Positions 58,844-64,000 of a DNA stretch of 64,000 nucleotides are shown here, in pieces. A program made the translations under genes and the position numbers. A model generated the notes under the pieces. It did not search any database. It had not been told where the DNA came from and was given only the letters and a program-made list of their open reading frames with translations. Numbering within the stretch: position 1 is the stretch's first letter; the number at the start of each line of letters is the position of its first letter. Origin of the DNA: a virus (taxonomy: Duplodnaviria; Caudoviricetes); the IMG/VR virus record IMGVR_UViG_3300029305_002015, positions 36,956-100,955 of that record; one strand, written 5' to 3'.

Positions 58844-59173
58844 TTACCTCCTAATAATTTCTGTATCTTTATCAATAATACAAATAATATTCTTACAATT
58901 AATCAATATACCATCATAGATTCTAGTAAGAATATTTTTGCATTTTTCTACATATGTATCATCTGTAAATTTACATAAATAATTTTTTCCTCGATATATT
59001 GAGCCATCATCAACTCTTACTCCGATTAATATACAATTTCGGAATTCACATTCTGTAAATGATCCTCCTATAATTATTTGATCAAATAATTCTTGAGCAT
59101 GGATCCAATTTCTAACATAGCGAGGAAATGTTATAATATTATGCTTTCTCCCATTAATAGTTATCTTTGGCAT
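58844..59173 (-). CDS. Hypothetical protein with short beta-helix-like stretch
   Basis: ATG (MPKITI) at 59173; the track start at 59260 lies inside a terminator; FTECEFRNC. Confidence 0.5.
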   Translation of the reverse strand: MPKITINGRKHNIITFPRYVRNWIHAQELFDQIIIGGSFTECEFRNCILIGVRVDDGSIYRGKNYLCKFTDDTYVEKCKNILTRIYDGILINCKNIICIIDKDTEIIRR

Positions 59174-59215
59174 TATAAATACCCCCAAGTATATTACTTT
59201 TTTATTGATATCTAT

Positions 59216-59225
59216 AGAATATATA
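59216..59225 (-). promoter_or_regulatory. Putative early promoter motif
   Basis: TATATATTCT on the minus strand right after a terminator. Confidence 0.5.
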
Positions 59226-59232
59226 AATAAAA

Positions 59233-59264
59233 TAAAGTGGGGAGCGATGATGCTCCCCACTTTA
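59233..59264 (-). terminator. Intrinsic terminator
   Basis: taaagtggggagc-N6-gctccccacttta. Confidence 0.75.
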
Positions 59265-59265
59265 C

Positions 59266-60126
59266 TTATTGATTGATCCAGTCTCTTAATACTTTCTGAG
59301 TCTTAGCACGTACAGTCCTATCATTGATAGGCTGAATGTAAACGTTCTGATTTTCAGTAAGTACTACAGAGTTACCAGTAGCTGTTACACCAACGATATC
59401 ATCCATAGACAGGCCAAAAGACTCACATAACCAACTAGCTTCTCTTGTATTAGCAGTTGCCATCCTAGCAAGCTCAGGGAAGAAGATAATTGTAGTGTTA
59501 GCATATTTGGCAGCTTCATCAACAGACTCTTGAATAGGTTGATTGATCTTTGCTTCAGCCTCTTTATGACTAGGATAAAGTACCCAGTCATAGGTGATTA
59601 GTTTCCGAACATGGACAACAGGGTTACCATTTCGATTCTCTAATGCACCTAATACACGAGCACTAAAACAAGGAATGATCTTACCATCAACAATCTTGAT
59701 TGCCATGTTCATACCATTCTGATTAGAAGAATCAGTTTGAATTTTAGCTTCAAGAAGATTTCCATTCAGTCGAGGACGTCTGATATAGTGAGAAGTAAGT
59801 TTCATATCAGGATTGGAAATACGATTGATAGTAAGCTGTTCTCCTTCTTTAGTAGCAGCAGGATGATCAATTTCACCCATCCAGGAATTCTGTCTTAGCA
59901 TACTCTGGACATAATCATCATTTTCGATTCTATCCATGATATTCGCAGCTTCATACATTCTACGATTACGATTCATTACTCCAAAGGATTGAAGCACTGC
60001 ATCAAATGTTACATAGAATCTACTACCCATATCATGAATCTGATATCCAAAGTTCCCGCCATAATCTGAAGGGAAGGATGATTGTTCTCTGATGTAACAG
60101 AAGGTATCAAGGTTTTCAATTCCCAT
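59266..60126 (-). CDS. Prohead core protease (T4 gp21/phiKZ gp175-like)
   Basis: NRNRRMY, GEIDHP, SH, FSAR, ITYDWVLYPSHKEA motifs. Confidence 0.85.
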   Translation of the reverse strand: MGIENLDTFCYIREQSSFPSDYGGNFGYQIHDMGSRFYVTFDAVLQSFGVMNRNRRMYEAANIMDRIENDDYVQSMLRQNSWMGEIDHPAATKEGEQLTINRISNPDMKLTSHYIRRPRLNGNLLEAKIQTDSSNQNGMNMAIKIVDGKIIPCFSARVLGALENRNGNPVVHVRKLITYDWVLYPSHKEAEAKINQPIQESVDEAAKYANTTIIFFPELARMATANTREASWLCESFGLSMDDIVGVTATGNSVVLTENQNVYIQPINDRTVRAKTQKVLRDWINQ

Positions 60127-60140
60127 GATAATAACCCTCC

Positions 60141-61247
60141 TTATTCATCATTAGAATTTCCCATAAATATATCTTTGTCATCTGATCCACTCTCAAGAAT
60201 GAAATCATCATCGGTGTTACTCATTTTAGGATCTTCATCCTTGACTGCAGCAACAGTTTCACGTTCGCAATCAGTTAACTCTGCACGAAGCTTAGCAGCT
60301 TTCTTTTGGAATTTCTCAATAGCAGCTTTCTGCTTCTTGATAATAACTTCCTTTTCATTAGAATCAATATTAGTACGATTCTGAAGCTGCTCGATATTCT
60401 GATTAATGAACTCAACTTGCTGTTCAAGTTCAAGAATAGTATTTGCCTTCTTCTTGTAACGAATGTACAAACAAGTCCTAATCAGAGGAACGATACCAAA
60501 CATGGATTTCTTGATAGCGTTAAACATGTTGACAGTAAGTTTACCAATCTTGACGGCATTTTTAAAGATGGCACCGACAAGATCTAGAGTTTCACTAACA
60601 ACACCCTCAGTGAAAGTTGTGGACTCTTCAACAGTTGTACGAACGCCTGCATATTCCTTAGCCTTAATAACTTCATCAAGATACTGCTTATGCTGTTTAT
60701 TGTTTAACTGCTTAGCAAGATCCATGATGGTCTTATTAATAACACCAGAGGAACTTACACTATTTTTCTTAATCTTGATAGATGTGCCATTCTGAACAAT
60801 ATCAATACCCTGAGCAACCATCATAGTGATACCAGTGATCAACATATCAACAGCACTTTCGTATTCAAGCATTACAAGACGAACCTGCTTCTCATAACCT
60901 TCAGTATACTGAGGTTGAAAACTCTCTAAGGCTTTAAAAATATCATTTAATGCAGGAATGATAGAAACTTTCCCAAGATTCTTATTTAAGAATTCAATGG
61001 AAGTTTTAATATTCTCATGTGCCTTGAGATTCTTGATATTGCCTTTAGTCTCAGCAATACTCTTATCTTTACCCTTAGTCTTAGAAGCTAAACCTTCGAT
61101 ACTAGTGATAAAGTTTTTGATATAACCAAGAGCTTTATCATTACTAGAATCAATATTCTTAGATGCTTCCATATATGCAGGGTGTAATCTGTTACTAGTT
61201 CCAGTAACGATCTCTAAAAAATCGTTACTAATCATATATTCAGCCAT
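60141..61247 (-). CDS. Putative head structural protein
   Basis: 368 aa; coiled-coil C-terminus; YMEA/FTEG/ILES sites; upstream of the protease. Confidence 0.5.
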   Translation of the reverse strand: MAEYMISNDFLEIVTGTSNRLHPAYMEASKNIDSSNDKALGYIKNFITSIEGLASKTKGKDKSIAETKGNIKNLKAHENIKTSIEFLNKNLGKVSIIPALNDIFKALESFQPQYTEGYEKQVRLVMLEYESAVDMLITGITMMVAQGIDIVQNGTSIKIKKNSVSSSGVINKTIMDLAKQLNNKQHKQYLDEVIKAKEYAGVRTTVEESTTFTEGVVSETLDLVGAIFKNAVKIGKLTVNMFNAIKKSMFGIVPLIRTCLYIRYKKKANTILELEQQVEFINQNIEQLQNRTNIDSNEKEVIIKKQKAAIEKFQKKAAKLRAELTDCERETVAAVKDEDPKMSNTDDDFILESGSDDKDIFMGNSNDE

Positions 61248-61267
61248 TTCATTTAACCTCCCTTACA

Positions 61268-62890
61268 TTATCTATTGACCATGCGATTTAATTCCTTCAT
61301 CAACTGACTATTATCAGTCTTAGCAAGTTCTGCATCAATAGCAGCTAGAGACTGAACATCCCAATCATTGTCAGAGTCAGGGAACAGAACACGCATGGTG
61401 CCAGCAGAAGAATCAACAATTACAACACCGATCAGGAATAAGCTCTTAGCAAGACGTTTAGCATTAGAAACCTTACTCAGATCAATACCAGTCTGATTAG
61501 TTAACATAGTAACATCAGGCTGAGCAAGAATGAGAGTGCCATTAGGAATAGGAACATTCCCATTTGCAATTAACTTAGCAGGCTCATTGAATAAGCTTCC
61601 ATTAATTTTCTCATATTCACCTAAGCGCTTAAGAGTATTAATCCATCTCTTATTGTAATTAATATGTTTAGCAGCATCTGCCTTAAGACCCTTAATGTTA
61701 AAGAAGTAATCAGAGAACTTAATCTCGCCAGTCTTGTAACGAACCTTCTGGAGAGCTTTGATATTACCAGTTACAAGTTCCTGAAGATCATCAGCTAGAT
61801 CCTGAGTGCGAATTAAATGCATTACGCTCTTGATACCAATGACATATCGTACAATCTTATCAGTTCCATTTTTGGTTCTGAGATGGAAAGCTGCTTCAAT
61901 TGTCCAAGGAACCATGGCATTGATCTTCTTAATATCAGCATCACGCAGAAGTTTAGGAGCATCAACACCCTTAGAGGGCTCATCATTACTGCCAGTCTTA
62001 GTAGAACTTTCATTTGTACGATTAGTGCGGAACCATGTACCACCCTTGTACTTAACACCAGCAGGAATAGCATCTTTAATCTTATCGATTTCTTTCTTCT
62101 CATCGTCAGAAAGTTTCTCATACTCAGAATCAGACATCTTGACTGCTCTCTTTATCTCATCTTCATCATATCCAATATCATTATAGAGAGCAGCAACTTC
62201 ATCCTTATCCATTTTAACAGTTGTAACTGTAGCTTTATCAGTCTTCTCATTTGTAGCTTCGCGAAGATAAAGGAATCCAGTTAGAGGCTCATTGAGTAAA
62301 CGAGTGTTTTCCAGGATGAGATCTTGGTTAGTACAAGGAACTACACTGAAATCTACCCGGCAACCTTCACCAAACTGCTGAGAGAAGAATACACTTTCTT
62401 TCATCATACTATCGATCTCATCAATAGGAGTATAGTATGTATTTACAAATACATCAGCAGCTTCCTTTAAGTTGGTATGGAAGTTCTTAAGGAATACCAG
62501 ATCATTTGCTTCTTCCTCATCAAGAATCTGATTATGAGAAAGAACGGTTTGAACTAGAGTAGTGTATACTCGTTCAAACATTTTAGCGATAATCTGAGCT
62601 TCATTTACACGAAGAGTCTGAGTTACATAGATAGGGAACTGTAATACAGAGTTTCTTGCTCTAGCAACGATGGAGTCATTTTTGACAATATTACTTTTCA
62701 CCTTACCATCAATATCAGACATCTTATTAGCTGCGGTGTCTAATTTGCTATTAACGGCTCCAACTTTACCTTTTACACCCTGAGCATTTTTAATGTCATC
62801 TCCTGCTTTCTTGGCTGCATTCAATGCATCGCCAATCATGCCTTCTTGGATAACATCATCAACCTGATGCTTATCATTTTCATAAGTCAT
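61268..62890 (-). CDS. Putative head structural protein
   Basis: 540 aa; IQEG, LKEA, LREA sites; same transcription unit as the protease. Confidence 0.5.
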   Translation of the reverse strand: MTYENDKHQVDDVIQEGMIGDALNAAKKAGDDIKNAQGVKGKVGAVNSKLDTAANKMSDIDGKVKSNIVKNDSIVARARNSVLQFPIYVTQTLRVNEAQIIAKMFERVYTTLVQTVLSHNQILDEEEANDLVFLKNFHTNLKEAADVFVNTYYTPIDEIDSMMKESVFFSQQFGEGCRVDFSVVPCTNQDLILENTRLLNEPLTGFLYLREATNEKTDKATVTTVKMDKDEVAALYNDIGYDEDEIKRAVKMSDSEYEKLSDDEKKEIDKIKDAIPAGVKYKGGTWFRTNRTNESSTKTGSNDEPSKGVDAPKLLRDADIKKINAMVPWTIEAAFHLRTKNGTDKIVRYVIGIKSVMHLIRTQDLADDLQELVTGNIKALQKVRYKTGEIKFSDYFFNIKGLKADAAKHINYNKRWINTLKRLGEYEKINGSLFNEPAKLIANGNVPIPNGTLILAQPDVTMLTNQTGIDLSKVSNAKRLAKSLFLIGVVIVDSSAGTMRVLFPDSDNDWDVQSLAAIDAELAKTDNSQLMKELNRMVNR

Positions 62891-62977
62891 AGTATATCTC
62901 TCCTTTATAAAAAATAATTTTTTACAACATTATGCGTATTATTTAAGCTTCTGTTTCTGCATAAAAGTAATAAAAAG

Positions 62978-63007
62978 AAAATGGAAGGGGATGTTACTTC
63001 CATTTTC
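62978..63007 (-). terminator. Hairpin, putative terminator
   Basis: aaaatggaag-N9-cttccatttt. Confidence 0.55.
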
Positions 63008-63024
63008 AATATTTTTAGAAACTA

Positions 63025-63714
63025 CTAATCTTCATCATCTACCCATGCTGATTTCAATAATGCATTTAGATCTTCGTTCGTTGTACTTGTGACGGTAATT
63101 CCAATTTCTTCAAGCTTCTTAATCTTATCCTTCTTCTTCATCATCCCAAGAAGTTTCATTCTACCTTCAGCACTTGATTCAAGAGCACGTCTCATATCAT
63201 CACCAGCAGCTCTACGAATATCTACTGCCTTATCCCAAATATCATCCCGATCAATATAGATTGGACCAACTCTTCCTTTCGTGAAGAGTTCATTCAAATC
63301 TATAACTTCTATATCGAAATGGTCTTTAAGGATCTCACAGATAACATCGATATAGTCATTTTCTTCTTTATCACAGACTATCATTACATCAGCATGATTC
63401 AACAGTGTGTTGATGAATGTGTTATAGAACATATTTGCCATGTGCTTCTTAGTTAATCCCATATCATTATCTGCCTCTGGAAGAAGGAAGTCTTTATACA
63501 TTTTCCTCATAATCGATTTATCTTTATGCTCTTGATATGAGATAACTATCTCTGGAACTGGATATAGCTCAGGAATCTTTACAACATTTAATACCTTAGA
63601 ATTACTAATAACAGCAGCACTGATAATTGCATACTGAAAGTGAGTTAATTCATCTGGTGTAAAATAGTCAATTGCATGACCTAGAAAATGTTGTAAATCT
63701 ATTCTATAGATCAT
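63025..63714 (-). CDS. Hypothetical protein
   Basis: 229 aa; RBS GAGGTG. Confidence 0.7.
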   Translation of the reverse strand: MIYRIDLQHFLGHAIDYFTPDELTHFQYAIISAAVISNSKVLNVVKIPELYPVPEIVISYQEHKDKSIMRKMYKDFLLPEADNDMGLTKKHMANMFYNTFINTLLNHADVMIVCDKEENDYIDVICEILKDHFDIEVIDLNELFTKGRVGPIYIDRDDIWDKAVDIRRAAGDDMRRALESSAEGRMKLLGMMKKKDKIKKLEEIGITVTSTTNEDLNALLKSAWVDDED

Positions 63715-63735
63715 AAATTCACCTCAAGATAAAAA

Positions 63736-63765
63736 ATAGGCAGGGGATTCATTTCCCCTGCCTAT
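63736..63765 (-). terminator. Intrinsic terminator
   Basis: ataggcagggga-N6-tcccctgcctat with a minus-strand T tract. Confidence 0.75.
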
Positions 63766-63779
63766 CTTATGTGTATTGC

Positions 63780-64000
63780 TTAGTTGGACGAGTTACGACG
63801 AATGGGTTTGAAGATCATCTGTTCCGGCGCTTTCTGTTCGGTCTCAGATCCTCCTCTTCCTCCCAATGTGACGACTTCCTCTGCTTCTGTTTCGCTTTCT
63901 TCTCCCTGCGATACCTCTTCTGCTCCTGCATCATCCAGTCTGAGATGTCCATCTCCGGAGTCGGTGCGAAAGGGAGTAGGTGCAGCTACCTCCTCAGGAG
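63780..64000 (-). CDS. C-terminal end of a protein starting outside the window
   Basis: Open frame ...PEEVAAPTPFRTDSGDG...MIFKPIRRNSSN* with TAA ending at 63780, followed by a terminator. Confidence 0.55.
   Translation of the reverse strand, partial: PEEVAAPTPFRTDSGDGHLRLDDAGAEEVSQGEESETEAEEVVTLGGRGGSETEQKAPEQMIFKPIRRNSSN

Noticed and set aside
34615-62960. AR9-type late promoter AACA-N6-TA
   Set aside because: Matches occur on the minus strand near 34630 and 62950, but not consistently upstream of other structural genes; expected by chance in AT-rich DNA.
1-64000. Stop-codon reassignment (TAG/TGA recoding seen in some gut phages)
   Set aside because: Genes are long and densely packed in the standard code, and TAG and TGA end genes at sensible positions (e.g. 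20269, 32586, 18353, 28588).
1-64000. CRISPR array, tRNA/rRNA genes, IS elements, integrase
   Set aside because: No repeat-spacer array, cloverleaf or transposase/integrase motif recognised; intergenic gaps are short and mostly explained by terminators and promoters.

Overview
This window is a segment of an AT-rich jumbo myovirus genome in the standard genetic code, with strong AGGAGG ribosome-binding sites. It is most consistent with a phiKZ/AR9-like phage (split multisubunit RNA polymerase) infecting an anaerobic Firmicute; the amidase type and class III RNR suggest a Clostridia-like host. Left to right it holds: baseplate/tube-fold genes; a tail fibre and a 2580-aa Ig/LRR adhesin; a radical-SAM cluster; GroEL-like chaperonin, RusA, SbcD-like nuclease, dCTP deaminase, an RNAP beta N-terminal half and IF-1; a head-protein block with a probable portal; an endolysin; an anaerobic ribonucleotide reductase operon; RNase H; and a prohead protease with further head proteins. 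The best candidate for an undescribed system is 15018-21413. There a BspA-LRR tail-region protein ends in six CXXX repeats (CHND CHSS CHYD CHND CHSD CYSD) and is followed by two radical SAM/SPASM enzymes and a HemN-like radical SAM, suggesting RiPP-type chemistry applied to a virion protein. Second is a kinase / phosphatase / kinase block (34642-38783) whose kinases carry head-protein-like N-termini. Third is a ferredoxin:thioredoxin reductase-like domain + redoxin + NrdD electron-supply operon. All product calls come from motif recognition by eye; no database searches were run.
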